A DNA stretch of 64,000 bases, taken from positions 1 through 64,000 of IMG/VR virus record IMGVR_UViG_3300021400_000056. One strand, 5' to 3'. Within the stretch, counting starts at the first letter, position 1; each line of letters starts with the position of its first letter. The notes under the pieces were generated by a model. That model worked only from the letters and a program-made list of their open reading frames with translations, did not search any database and had not been told where the DNA came from. The position numbers and the translations under genes are program-made. Below, in pieces: positions 10,301 to 19,319 of this stretch. Source of the DNA: a virus. Taxonomy: Duplodnaviria; Caudoviricetes.

Positions 10301-11290
10301 CTTAAGACAATGATAAGCAATAGCGCCAAGTTCGAACTTAATCTGGTCAATGAGTTGCTCATATCTTTCTGGGCTAACAGTATTTCCTGATGGAACCACA
10401 TCAATCAGCCTTCTAATGATTCCAGATTTCGCTTCTGTAATCTTAACCGGGGAATTCGTGCCTACAAATAAAAATGAGTCAAATCGCATGGAATATTTGT
10501 TTTTAAACTTTTCATTAACAAGCATCGACTCATGAGATATGATTGAATTAAGAATTGTGTTGTCTTCAATCCTTGATAAATTTCCATCAGGATCTATTGC
10601 CACAAGCGGATTGTTCTTAAAGGCTTCAAGCGCAAAATCCGAATTACTCATTCCAAGCTCTTTCGCTTTAAAATCTGCGCAGTATCCATCAAAGAGTTCT
10701 TTGACAATATTTAGAAACGTTGACTTACCGGATCCTGATGCACCATAAAGAACTATAAATTTCTGAATCTCTTTCGAATCTCCAGATATAATCGCTCCTA
10801 TGGCCCACTCAAGTTTGTCTCTCTCAGATTTTATGTAGAGTGTATTAATTAATTCCTCATAGGAATCCATTCTACCTTCGGCAATCGCATACGGAAGAGT
10901 TCTACTGATGTAATCGTTCTTACCAAATTTGGTATTTGAGAATATAATTTTATGATCAAGCTCGTGATAACTGTCGGGAAGGGACTTCACATAAGTCTGC
11001 CACTCCGCCCACTTCCTGCTTGAATAATTTTTCATGAGCAGAGTCTTTATCTTCACATTTTCCGGAGCGGTCTTAGCGACCTCTTTTTTCTTCTCAAATA
11101 TCATTTTGTCGATTAACGGAACAATGCGCTTTTCGTTTCTTGACCAAGTGTTGTTTTCCTCATCCCAGATAGCATAAAATGACTTACCTTTAACCATCAG
11201 ATCTTCGCTGTCTCCGATGCTAAACTCAGGGTAGATTTCAATAACATCTTTCTTCGGATAAGCAACGTTAATTGTAACAAAATCAAGCAT
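7313..11290 (-). CDS. Fused SF3 helicase / AEP-type primase / family B DNA polymerase
   Basis: GASGSGKST Walker A; IVIDFD...SKSGGGIHLHY primase motifs; FFDVE and FNNRRYD exonuclease motifs; LDIASMHP, KIAINSVYG, KTDS PolB motifs. Confidence 0.85.
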   Translation of the reverse strand: MLDFVTINVAYPKKDVIEIYPEFSIGDSEDLMVKGKSFYAIWDEENNTWSRNEKRIVPLIDKMIFEKKKEVAKTAPENVKIKTLLMKNYSSRKWAEWQTYVKSLPDSYHELDHKIIFSNTKFGKNDYISRTLPYAIAEGRMDSYEELINTLYIKSERDKLEWAIGAIISGDSKEIQKFIVLYGASGSGKSTFLNIVKELFDGYCADFKAKELGMSNSDFALEAFKNNPLVAIDPDGNLSRIEDNTILNSIISHESMLVNEKFKNKYSMRFDSFLFVGTNSPVKITEAKSGIIRRLIDVVPSGNTVSPERYEQLIDQIKFELGAIAYHCLKKYEEMGPRYYNRYKPNSMISATNDFYNFIEDNYDIFSDEEGVTLDAAWSEYKKYAVDANLQYPFTRRVFKEELKNYYTDFRERYKGKYKVYMGFRKDKFSYESSSDEEYDGSYISNEDPGEEAAGDTWLKLDKTESLFDREYAECRAQLASEEETPSVKWSNVRSKLKDIDTHKLHYILVPENLIVIDFDLRDAEGNKDPEANLKAASKWPPTYAEFSKSGGGIHLHYFYEGDVLQLSRIYEENIEIKVFKKSDGTRGYSSLRRALSYCNDIPIATINSGLPLKGAKNVVNFETVKSERALRTMIIRNLNKEYHGATAPSVDFIFKILEDAYKDGLPYDVSDLRPAVLTFAMHSTHQASRCVDLVAKMHFRSEEGSSAASDELYGSEAPIIFFDVEVFPNLLIICWKDRGSDRNATVRMINPSPEEVKKLFRMRLIGFNNRRYDNHIIYAASLGYSNKRIYEISQGIISNEKMDRSCFFREAYNLSYSDIYDYASKKQSLKKWEIELGIHHQELGLPWDQEVPEELWTKVADYCVNDVVATEAVFEARYQDFVAREILADISGLSINDTTNSHTTKLIVGDDKRPQDKFVYTDLSEMFPGYIYDGTKKEDKSTYMGESVGEGGYVYAEPGMYTNIALLDIASMHPHSAIALNIFGPYTENFKQLVNARIYIKHREYDKAGELFDRKLAKYLTDDSQADSLAYALKIAINSVYGLTAAKFDNKLRDPRNVDNIVAKRGALFMVNLKHEVQKLGYTVAHIKTDSIKIPNADSRIIDFVMEYGKKYGYTFEHEATYEKMCLVNDAVYIAKYKGGKHDGEWTATGTQFQVPYVFKTLFSKEKIEHDDVCETKSVSKGLGLYLDMNEKLGDDEHDYVFIGKVGQFCPIKSGCGGGVLLRESGGKYYAVAGTKKESFDKKSGEEGVYRWLESETVKTLDKWDDIDHSYYKVLVDEALNDISKYGDSEWFVSDDPVPPVKESDVPLNFMNIPDYVTEEEIPF

Positions 11291-11379
11291 TACATCTTCT
11301 TACCTCCTTTCTTAGCGTATTTCTACCGACCAAGTAAAAAATCGGTTAAAAACCTCAAGATGTGTGAATTTTGAAAAAA

Positions 11380-11677
11380 TCTATATTACTATATAGAAAA
11401 ATGCATTTTCTCACGCAATAATAGTAAAAATTTTGCACAAATTAACAACAACACCCCTCAAACCCGCATAAAACCGTGGTTTTTTAGTTGTTAATTTCAT
11501 TTTGAAATGCACATCAAATTAACAAATTAACAAATTTTGCACATCTTTTTTAACAAATTTTCACCATTTTCTCGAATTTTTGTTGTTAGTTTTGCACAAA
11601 TTTGTTAAAACCGATTTTCATTTTAACAACCAAATTAACAACAAACTAACAAAAATTAACAACAAATTCACCAAAAT
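11380..11677. repeat. AT-rich repeat region, putative replication origin
   Basis: Many direct and inverted copies of AATTAACAA/TTAACAA and TTTTGCACA in a non-coding gap upstream of the replicase. Confidence 0.55.
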
Positions 11678-12223
11678 TCACTCACCATTCTCGGCCAAAT
11701 ATAGCATGACCTGCTTCCAGATTTCACACTCTCTTTGATCACAAGGTGGCTCCACAAGAGGAAATGGAGAGCCCAAACCGTCGTAACAGAAGTCCCTATT
11801 TAACCATACTGCTACCCGTGTTCCGACCTCAATTTCGTTGTAATTTTTACCTTTATAATTCATTAAACCGAGGTTATAAATCCATGTCCAGAACCAATGT
11901 TTTTTAAGATTTTTCTCATCTTCATCTCCCAAAACATCTTCTGAAAGACGTCTGGATAACCCCATCAAAACCTCTAAAACAGTGCAAGCCGGCAGTCCAA
12001 GATCGTCAGCATCGATACCGGTAAATCCATAAAAATCTTTTCTGAAAACTACGGCATCATAGATCCGATTTTCGTCTTTATCGATACTGTATCTAAACTC
12101 AATTTTGAATAAATACCACAGTACATTGTAGTATTCTTCATAGAGTCCATCGCCTCCTTCGACAATATCTAACTGAGAGAGCAACCAGTTAAAATACTGT
12201 TCGTTCTCACTATTTTTTCTCAA
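11678..12223 (-). CDS. Phage hypothetical protein
   Basis: 181 aa ORF, GGAGGTG RBS. Confidence 0.7.
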   Translation of the reverse strand: MRKNSENEQYFNWLLSQLDIVEGGDGLYEEYYNVLWYLFKIEFRYSIDKDENRIYDAVVFRKDFYGFTGIDADDLGLPACTVLEVLMGLSRRLSEDVLGDEDEKNLKKHWFWTWIYNLGLMNYKGKNYNEIEVGTRVAVWLNRDFCYDGLGSPFPLVEPPCDQRECEIWKQVMLYLAENGE

Positions 12224-12481
12224 ATATAACCACCTCCTTCATCATCAGATTGACAATATCTGTCATTGTAACTGAGCTTTTTTCTTCTCTTTCCACGACC
12301 AATTTCACATGAAAAACCGCTTCCAGACTCATCAGAAGCCACTAAATCATCCTCATAAATCTCGTCAAAACCCTCTGCTGAAGCTAGCATTTCATCGTAT
12401 TTTTCCATGAATATCCTCCAAAAAACACAAAAATTCACAATTTTTTCACAGTTTGTTCACAATTTGAACACATTTTCATCA

Positions 12482-12569
12482 CAAACAAGCAGTTCGCTTC
12501 GCTCACCACTACCTTTGAAGTTCCCCAAACAAGCAGTTCGCTTCGCTCACCACTACCTTTGAAGTTCCC
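12482..12569. repeat. Perfect 44-bp tandem duplication
   Basis: CAAACAAGCAGTTCGCTTCGCTCACCACTACCTTTGAAGTTCCC x2, spanning the stop codon of ORF 12553-13332. Confidence 0.9.
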
Positions 12570-13332
12570 CAAATGCCGTAAACATCTTGGTTATTCGATA
12601 ATCGGTCATGGTATAGAAGTTTCTGACATAGATTTCTCCTTCATCGTTACTTCTAAACCCAAATTTATCAAGACAATCGCCAACTGTGTGATCAATATTG
12701 TCAATAATTTCCTCATCTTCTGATGCTAATGTGTCGTCCTCGACGTAATAATACAGGTCACACTTATCGTAAATATCACGTCCGTCGTACTCGAATGTGT
12801 CCTCTTTTATGAGTTTAGGCTTCCGTCTTTCGGCTGCATAATAGTTCGCATCCCTTATTTCACCGTCAAATTCGGACGAATCCGTGTGTTTATCCTCTTC
12901 AGATTGACACATTTTGTCATCCTCATCATCAAAATCCTCACTTGGGCTCTCAAGTTCTGCCGGATCAACACCTTCTTTTTCAAATGCTTCCCTTGAACTT
13001 TTGCCATTTCCAGGATGAATTCTGGCATAGTCAAAATCTTTACCAGAATATAATTTCTTATACTCATCAACAGTTACAGCAAGATCAGACCCGTTTCTTT
13101 CCTTAACAGCATCTTCTCTCATGAACCTCTGAGCTTCTTCTAACGCCGCAGTTGCAATTTCGGACTGCTTAACAGACTCATCGACCATCTGATTACAGTC
13201 ATCAATCGCCTTCTGAAGCTCCTTCTCCTTAATTAATGTGAATAACGCATAGCCCAGGATGACACCAACTGTCATTCCCGACCCAAATATAACACCTCTA
13301 TTATTCATCAGAGCCCTAAAATCGATCTTCAT
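12553..13332 (-). CDS. Hypothetical protein with N-terminal membrane anchor and acidic C-terminus
   Basis: 259 aa; hydrophobic GVIFGSGMTVGVILGYALF. Confidence 0.7.
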   Translation of the reverse strand: MKIDFRALMNNRGVIFGSGMTVGVILGYALFTLIKEKELQKAIDDCNQMVDESVKQSEIATAALEEAQRFMREDAVKERNGSDLAVTVDEYKKLYSGKDFDYARIHPGNGKSSREAFEKEGVDPAELESPSEDFDDEDDKMCQSEEDKHTDSSEFDGEIRDANYYAAERRKPKLIKEDTFEYDGRDIYDKCDLYYYVEDDTLASEDEEIIDNIDHTVGDCLDKFGFRSNDEGEIYVRNFYTMTDYRITKMFTAFGELQR

Positions 13333-13703
13333 CTTCCAAAAGTCCTCCTGAATTTCTTCTTAAACCAACTCTTAATCCTATCGAGCACCCAGATTCTTCG
13401 CATGACTTTAAGTTTCTTCATGAAAAGTTTTGCTTCATGAGAATATAACCCTACAGCACACTTGCTCCCACCGTAAGGGCATAATGTCTCAGACTTATAC
13501 GCACTGATTTTAGCAAGATGCGCATCAATAACGATCAAGTCAACCCTTTTCATCTCAACTTTTCTTATCTTTCGATCGGCTCCTATTACGTTACTCCACT
13601 GAATATAGCTAGCTGACCCAATTCGCTCATGAATCTTCTTAAAACCGGTCTTCTTTTCTATCAATTCGTCAAGAGAATCGTAATTTTCGTTGTCTTTTCC
13701 CAT
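13329..13703 (-). CDS. Hypothetical protein
   Basis: 124 aa, AAAGGAG RBS. Confidence 0.6.
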   Translation of the reverse strand: MGKDNENYDSLDELIEKKTGFKKIHERIGSASYIQWSNVIGADRKIRKVEMKRVDLIVIDAHLAKISAYKSETLCPYGGSKCAVGLYSHEAKLFMKKLKVMRRIWVLDRIKSWFKKKFRRTFGR

Positions 13704-13873
13704 AAAATTGCTCCTTTACCGTGTAAAAATCGCCAAAAACAAGAGAAAGACTGAGAGGACTGGTAATAATTACGAGTCCTGATCAGCCTTTTTACTCTAA
13801 TTTTTAGAAAATAGACTATACCGCAATGTACAAGTTAACAGGTTGCCAATTTATTTAATGCAAGAATATAACT

Positions 13874-14488
13874 CTACTTTCCCAACAGTTCATGGCAGTA
13901 TTTAATCTCTGCCCTAATCTGAGCTTCCCATGAAGGATCGCCAGCACAGTAGCTATGATCACCCATATGATTCATCGTTTCAAGTGTTGTCTGGCCATTT
14001 AAGTAATAATGCTCGTAAATATAACAAGCTCCGTCAATGATTCCGTCATAGAACGTCTCACCGACAGTGTATCCATTGTGTTTCCCATCTCCGTACATAC
14101 CAAGAGAATATGGATTAGATTGCTTAATATGTACTTCGCTGGTTCCCCAACCGGACTCAACCCCCGCAAGCGAGAACAAGAACAAAGGGTCAAGCCCGGT
14201 CAGGTTGGATGCGTCGATAAATGCGCCTTCGCACCCAATAAAGACAGATGAAGGATTATGACTTACATAATGATCCACAAGGATCTTCATGTCATCTTTA
14301 GTTACAAGCATTTTATTGGCCAAATCGTCGCTATCAAGTCCATCATAAATATAACGTGTGCAGTATGTCGTCTCACTAGCAGCACTGACAATTGTCCTCG
14401 AGTCTATACCGCTAAATGCAGGACGAATAGGTTCAGAAACATTATTACTAAGTGCTATAACTAGTGCAATACCAGCGATACCTATCAT
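13874..14488 (-). CDS. Secreted or anchored lysozyme-fold hydrolase (GH73 glucosaminidase-like)
   Basis: N-terminal signal-like segment; DPLFLFSLAGVESGWGTS...NPYSLG...YC..DPSW motifs. Confidence 0.65.
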   Translation of the reverse strand: MIGIAGIALVIALSNNVSEPIRPAFSGIDSRTIVSAASETTYCTRYIYDGLDSDDLANKMLVTKDDMKILVDHYVSHNPSSVFIGCEGAFIDASNLTGLDPLFLFSLAGVESGWGTSEVHIKQSNPYSLGMYGDGKHNGYTVGETFYDGIIDGACYIYEHYYLNGQTTLETMNHMGDHSYCAGDPSWEAQIRAEIKYCHELLGK

Positions 14489-14531
14489 GGAGCTCCTTTC
14501 GTTTTCCCACCAACCACTACCACAAGACTAT

Positions 14532-15527
14532 TTAGATCAGATTCCAAATAAGTCCATCAATATCGAATGTAAGATAATATCCGCTATCAAGATAAGACGG
14601 CTCGATCTTTCCTGTAGGATGCACGTAATCACCGTCCTTAAGATAAACGTTAGCCATGTTGCCGAAGCTTACTTTTCGACTGCTCCTATTAGGATCTGCA
14701 GGATCGATAATCCAACCGACAAGTCTTGATTCTGGTGTTACAGGAAATCCGAGTGCTTCATATACCTCAGATAAGAACACATATCCTCTAGTTTTAAGAA
14801 GCATAGTAAAGTACGTCTGCTGACCCTCAAGAAATGCGATGTTCGTGTTTGGGTCATAAGTTGTGCAGTTTTTAGCGAGGCCTCTTGCAAATATACGGTC
14901 GTAATTACTAGGATCTTCCATCATTACATCGTCCATTGTAGAGACTTCTTTTTTCTCAGTCTTAACCTCACCGGTATCAGGATCAGCCTCTTTCACCATA
15001 ACTTTTTTCTTAGTAACGCCAGTTGCAAGCTCCCGATCGACATCTTCTCCGAACTTTTCAACAGCACGGGCACGATACTTCTTAAAACCGTCGTCAAGGG
15101 CCGTATAAGCCGCTACAAGCCCCAAATGACGCAGTTTCATGGTTCTGTACGAGCAAAACACTAAACCGGCTGTAAGGGCGCCTAACGCAGCTGCAGGGGC
15201 ATATAACTTCACGAAGCCAATAGCAGCATTTTTATACGCAATCGCCATATCACGGTTCTTATCTTTCTCCGTGTATTCGATATCGGTCTCTCCAGATTCT
15301 ACCGCCGCAGTTGCAGCTTCAATCTTTCCCTTATCTTCTTCAAGCTGATTCAGAATATCATCTGCCTTAAGTGTCGCCCTGCAAGCGGTTACAACGGTAG
15401 CTACACCAGTAACTCCTGCCGTTATAAGACAGATTTCAGGTGAATACTTCGTGACTTTAAATTTAACTTTAGATAAACCAGCCGCTACTGGTCCAGTCAC
15501 TTTAGTTACAAAACTATTAAAACTCAT
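14532..15527 (-). CDS. DUF6353-like phage protein (paralog 1)
   Basis: N-terminal TM helix followed by AxxKA, second hydrophobic segment, C-terminal VFLSEVYEALG...VGW. Confidence 0.65.
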   Translation of the reverse strand: MSFNSFVTKVTGPVAAGLSKVKFKVTKYSPEICLITAGVTGVATVVTACRATLKADDILNQLEEDKGKIEAATAAVESGETDIEYTEKDKNRDMAIAYKNAAIGFVKLYAPAAALGALTAGLVFCSYRTMKLRHLGLVAAYTALDDGFKKYRARAVEKFGEDVDRELATGVTKKKVMVKEADPDTGEVKTEKKEVSTMDDVMMEDPSNYDRIFARGLAKNCTTYDPNTNIAFLEGQQTYFTMLLKTRGYVFLSEVYEALGFPVTPESRLVGWIIDPADPNRSSRKVSFGNMANVYLKDGDYVHPTGKIEPSYLDSGYYLTFDIDGLIWNLI

Positions 15528-15676
15528 CGGAATTTATCTCCTTTACGTACTCGATATAGTCAGACTCAGACGCAAACAGCATATAGTGACCGCCAGAGTC
15601 ATCAGAAATATAACCCATGTACCCATAATCAACGTAATAGCCTTTCATGCGCCCTCCTCTTTACCTTATTTAATTG

Positions 15677-15871
15677 TCAAACCTTCTGTTTAAAATATCT
15701 CACCTTGCCGTGAGCTTTTGACCGTGATCGTATGTTTTTCTCGGTCTCTTCTCTACGTTTTGCTGAAATATCATCTACAGCTGCACGAAACTCCTTATAA
15801 GGACCGCACTCTGAATGACACCCAATGTGTCTCTTCTCACAGTCTTTACAAGGAGCTTTTGGAAATGGCAT
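15677..15871 (-). CDS. Small Cys/His-rich (Zn-binding) protein
   Basis: PCKDCEKRHIGCHSEC. Confidence 0.6.
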   Translation of the reverse strand: MPFPKAPCKDCEKRHIGCHSECGPYKEFRAAVDDISAKRREETEKNIRSRSKAHGKVRYFKQKV

Positions 15872-16044
15872 TTTAATCAGCTTCTTTCTTCGTTAGTTTT
15901 TCATACATATCAAGAGCTTCTTTGCCAGAGAAACTCTTTACTAGAATATAGCCACCATCATTTTCCCTCTTAAATACTGAAAGAACCGGATCATACTTTC
16001 CGTTGCCATCGTCGTATCCAAGATATAATGGTGCAAATCGGTCT

Positions 16045-16230
16045 TTAGTTCCCATCTTTTTTGTCCTTATCCTCAGTTGTGTCGATCTCGATGTTTAATC
16101 TATCGATCGCTGAAGCAATTGCAAAAAGACCAGCTGCTACGAAGTACCATACCCAATGGCCAGAATCATACTGAGTTATGTGAAAATATAATCCTGAACC
16201 AAGGAGTATGGCTGAGATAACTGTGAACAT
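16045..16230 (-). CDS. Small two-TM membrane protein
   Basis: Two hydrophobic segments, charged tail, AAGGAGG RBS. Confidence 0.55.
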   Translation of the reverse strand: MFTVISAILLGSGLYFHITQYDSGHWVWYFVAAGLFAIASAIDRLNIEIDTTEDKDKKDGN

Positions 16231-16238
16231 ATTCCTCC

Positions 16239-16892
16239 TTAATCAATTACAACCGGTTTCGGCAGATCAAGGTACCAACCTTCTCTGTCTCTTCTAATAG
16301 AGACGCCTCTAAGCATTGGCAGATTCCAACCGTATTTATTATCGGTAAACGCTTGGTTTTTGACGCTAACCCCTGCAAGATCATAAAAATCAGCAACGGA
16401 CGCCCAACCATACTGATCAGGATCTGCTAGATCTTGCATCGAGCTTAGAACATCGTTAGCGTCGTTTTTCGTTTCAAACGTTATCCCACGATAATCGATA
16501 CGTTCTTTAGAACTGCTGTCGGTCTTGGGAGAAGAAACACTACTGCTTCCACCGTATTTATATGTGCTCTGTTTTGAATAATCGTAATATCCACCAGCAC
16601 CCGAACTTCCAGATCTTCTTCTAGGGCTCACCTTAAATATCATGGACAGCCCGTCATTAACCGCATCAAGAACGGCGTTGATAAGTCCTGGGACTATTAC
16701 TTCTTCAACCACATGCTTTCTAACCGCGCCAATATCGTCAGTAATAAACGCATCTGCGAACTTGTTAGCAAGCGATTTTTCTTTAACTTTTACCTCACCT
16801 TTAGTTACCTTCTCGAGTTTCTTCTTAGTTTCAACAGGTTCATTCTTCTCGGAAGGAAGTTTTCCTAAAGGCGGAAGATTTGCAACCGCCAT
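16239..16892 (-). CDS. Phage hypothetical protein with a C-terminal domain resembling the DUF6353-like paralogs
   Basis: ASVADFYDLAG...YGW...YLDLPKP. Confidence 0.65.
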   Translation of the reverse strand: MAVANLPPLGKLPSEKNEPVETKKKLEKVTKGEVKVKEKSLANKFADAFITDDIGAVRKHVVEEVIVPGLINAVLDAVNDGLSMIFKVSPRRRSGSSGAGGYYDYSKQSTYKYGGSSSVSSPKTDSSSKERIDYRGITFETKNDANDVLSSMQDLADPDQYGWASVADFYDLAGVSVKNQAFTDNKYGWNLPMLRGVSIRRDREGWYLDLPKPVVID

Positions 16893-16917
16893 CGGATCAC
16901 CTCCAAAATATAATTAC

Positions 16918-17238
16918 TTAGTCCTCAGTACCCTCACCAAAGATCTCTTCTTCAGGATCCTCAGTCTTGATTCCATCATCTTCTTTCGCTTCTTCCTGCT
17001 CCTTTTCTTTCTTCTCTTTCTTATCGAAGATCTGATCAACGATGATGCCACCAATCAAATATGTAGCGACCCCTATAATGCATCCATAACTGTACGCATG
17101 AGCGCCTGCACAAAGGGTGTTATAAATATTCTTCGGTGCGGACGAATCTCTAAACTGACTTAAAACGCTCTGGCATCCACCAGCTCCAGCCATTCCAGAA
17201 ACACCAAGTACGATTCTTTTTGCAGTCTTTCTTTCCAT
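16918..17238 (-). CDS. Membrane protein with acidic tail
   Basis: 106 aa, TM segment, AGGAGG RBS. Confidence 0.55.
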   Translation of the reverse strand: MERKTAKRIVLGVSGMAGAGGCQSVLSQFRDSSAPKNIYNTLCAGAHAYSYGCIIGVATYLIGGIIVDQIFDKKEKKEKEQEEAKEDDGIKTEDPEEEIFGEGTED

Positions 17239-17369
17239 ATATAAATGTCCTCCTAAATGATTTATGAAAAAGAAAAAGAGAACCGAAGATTATTTCTTCG
17301 ATCCCCTTTCGGTTCATCCAATATTCAATTTTCTGACGTCTGTTTACAAAGTTCCTCCTAGAATATCAT

Positions 17370-17675
17370 TCAGTCGATTTCAGGTTCATCAGCTGCCTCG
17401 AAAGGTGCCTCCTGATCAAAGTCGTCTCCTTCATCTTCAACCTCGTCAGGATCAGATCCGGAAGAACGCTTCAGAACAGTCCCTACTGCAATTGCTGCGG
17501 TGCCAAGTGCACCAACACCAACCAGTAGTTTCTTTCCGAAACCTTTCTTCTTTTTCTTTTCCTTAACTTCGGTTTCGTCTTCCGGTACAACACCGTCAGG
17601 ATCGTATCCTTCTGCTGCCGTAGCCTTTGTTTCCTTTTCTACCTTCTTGATTTCTACCAGATTAAAAATCTTCAT
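17370..17675 (-). CDS. Membrane protein (promoter-cassette gene)
   Basis: 101 aa, poly-Lys then TM helix; own promoter motif at 17715-17741 and downstream hairpin with U-tract. Confidence 0.6.
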   Translation of the reverse strand: MKIFNLVEIKKVEKETKATAAEGYDPDGVVPEDETEVKEKKKKKGFGKKLLVGVGALGTAAIAVGTVLKRSSGSDPDEVEDEGDDFDQEAPFEAADEPEID

Positions 17676-17794
17676 AATACAAAACTCCTTTTGTTTTAAT
17701 ATTGGGATTATTCCCTATTAGGTGCGCAAAAAAAATTACGAATATTTCGCTTTAAAAATACACCTAATAGAGAATATAATCCCGACAGAAGGAA

Positions 17795-18670
17795 TTAATC
17801 GTATCTAGGGCACTCTATAGTGTCGTAATCAAGCACAATTACACTCCGGCCATCCGGAAGCTTCTTCGTTTCATTCATCTTTACCCACAGTTCAACTCTC
17901 TGCGGATCCCAACCATTCTTTTCTCCGAATCCGCATTCTTCAAGGCCCCAATTATCGTATAAGATATTGGCCTCGATGAATTCGCCATATCCGAAGTTCA
18001 GTCTAACGTCTGCTACACCATTTTCAATCTGGGCTATAGTTGACGGGAACACCCTGCCGGTTGGTTTATCAAGAAACCACTGCATGACATATCTAGGATC
18101 AGACGACCTCGTGCTGCTTACTTCCTCTACGATCTTTTTCTCGACCTCTTCTTTCTTCTCTTCTCCTACTTCCTCGCCGAGAGCCTTCTTATACTTCTTA
18201 AGAGCCTCGTTTGAGATGTCATAAAGTGCTGTCGCGTCCGCAAGTTTTTTTGTAAGAGACCTGGTCCTCTGGATGTGAATATAATTAGCACCCCACATCA
18301 ATCCGATCGTCGTTACGGCTGTAGCAATAGGAGCTTTAAGAGCAAGCGCTAACTCTACACCTGTATCAATATTAATCTTACGTGTCTCTTTCTTTTTCTC
18401 CTCTTCCGTGTATTTAGGCACCTCTTCATACCCATCGCCTTCAGCGTTATCCTGAATTACAGTTTCCTCGAGCTTTTCGAGTTCCTCTTTCCGCTTCGCC
18501 AAAATATCATCGCATTTCGGCTTAGCAATCCAGAGCTCATATGCTGTGAGACCGAGTCCAAGCGTTGCCCCGATAAGCATGAGTGTCGGCGCGTGCTGCT
18601 TCGCTCCTGCCTTAACGGTGTTCGTAGCAGCGGTTACATTCTCTTTGGAAAATAATTTCTTAATCTCCAT
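17795..18670 (-). CDS. DUF6353-like phage protein (paralog 2)
   Basis: Same layout as 14532-15527; FLDKPTGRVF...LYDNWGL...NGW. Confidence 0.65.
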   Translation of the reverse strand: MEIKKLFSKENVTAATNTVKAGAKQHAPTLMLIGATLGLGLTAYELWIAKPKCDDILAKRKEELEKLEETVIQDNAEGDGYEEVPKYTEEEKKKETRKINIDTGVELALALKAPIATAVTTIGLMWGANYIHIQRTRSLTKKLADATALYDISNEALKKYKKALGEEVGEEKKEEVEKKIVEEVSSTRSSDPRYVMQWFLDKPTGRVFPSTIAQIENGVADVRLNFGYGEFIEANILYDNWGLEECGFGEKNGWDPQRVELWVKMNETKKLPDGRSVIVLDYDTIECPRYD

Positions 18671-18731
18671 AACTGCAGTTACTCCTTTCTTTGTGCATAT
18701 GCATAAAAGTCCTACCTAAAAATTAGGCAAA

Positions 18732-18801
18732 AAAGAAAGGGAGGATTCGAACCCCCACCTCTAGATAACATCTAGCGCTCTACCATTGAGCTACTTGTCT
18801 C
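18732..18801 (-). tRNA. Degenerate tRNA-Asn(GTT)-like gene
   Basis: GAGACAAG-TA-GCTCAATGGTAGAGC-G-CTAG-ATGTTAT-CTAG-AGGT-GGGGGTTCGAATCCTCC-CTTTCTT; canonical D and T arms, short anticodon stem, bulged acceptor stem. Confidence 0.65.
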
Positions 18802-18882
18802 TCTATTATAGGAAGGAATTTTTTTACGAATTAACCTCCTTTGATTCGAAAAATAAAATATTAAAAAAGAAAAGGAGCGCAT

Positions 18883-19068
18883 TTAACGCCCCAAATCTTT
18901 CCAAATATCCCATTCGAACTCTATTATTATGAGTGCGAACAATGCTCCTACAATGAACCTTGCTTCACTACAAGCTTCGGTTATAAGTGTAAGTGCTACA
19001 ACACACGCAATTACAACCGCTACTGTCATCACAATGTTCATCAAAATATTAGCTACTCCTCGTTTCAT
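18883..19068 (-). CDS. Small two-TM membrane protein (cassette gene)
   Basis: 61 aa hydrophobic; promoter 19095-19121; hairpin and U-tract downstream. Confidence 0.6.
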   Translation of the reverse strand: MKRGVANILMNIVMTVAVVIACVVALTLITEACSEARFIVGALFALIIIEFEWDIWKDLGR

Positions 19069-19173
19069 ATCTATATCCTCCTAAGAATATTTATCTATTA
19101 GAGGAAACAAAATATTTACGACCAATGAAGAAAAACAAAAGACCCCGAGATTTTTTCTCGAGGCCTCTGCCTG

Positions 19174-19266
19174 TCAGATCACTCCTTTCATTCCAAGCCA
19201 GAATACCAACAGTCCCATAGGCAATTCCGTTACCGCCCAAAGTGCCCAATTAATATTTGCTAACAT
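19174..19266 (-). CDS. 30-aa hydrophobic peptide (cassette gene)
   Basis: MLANINWALWAVTELPMGLLVFWLGMKGVI; AAAGGAGG RBS; promoter 19292-19318; terminator ~19130-19167. Confidence 0.5.
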   Translation of the reverse strand: MLANINWALWAVTELPMGLLVFWLGMKGVI

Positions 19267-19319
19267 TGTAAAATCCTCCTTTATGATCTTTCTATTAAAG
19301 GACAGAAATTTTTTACGAG

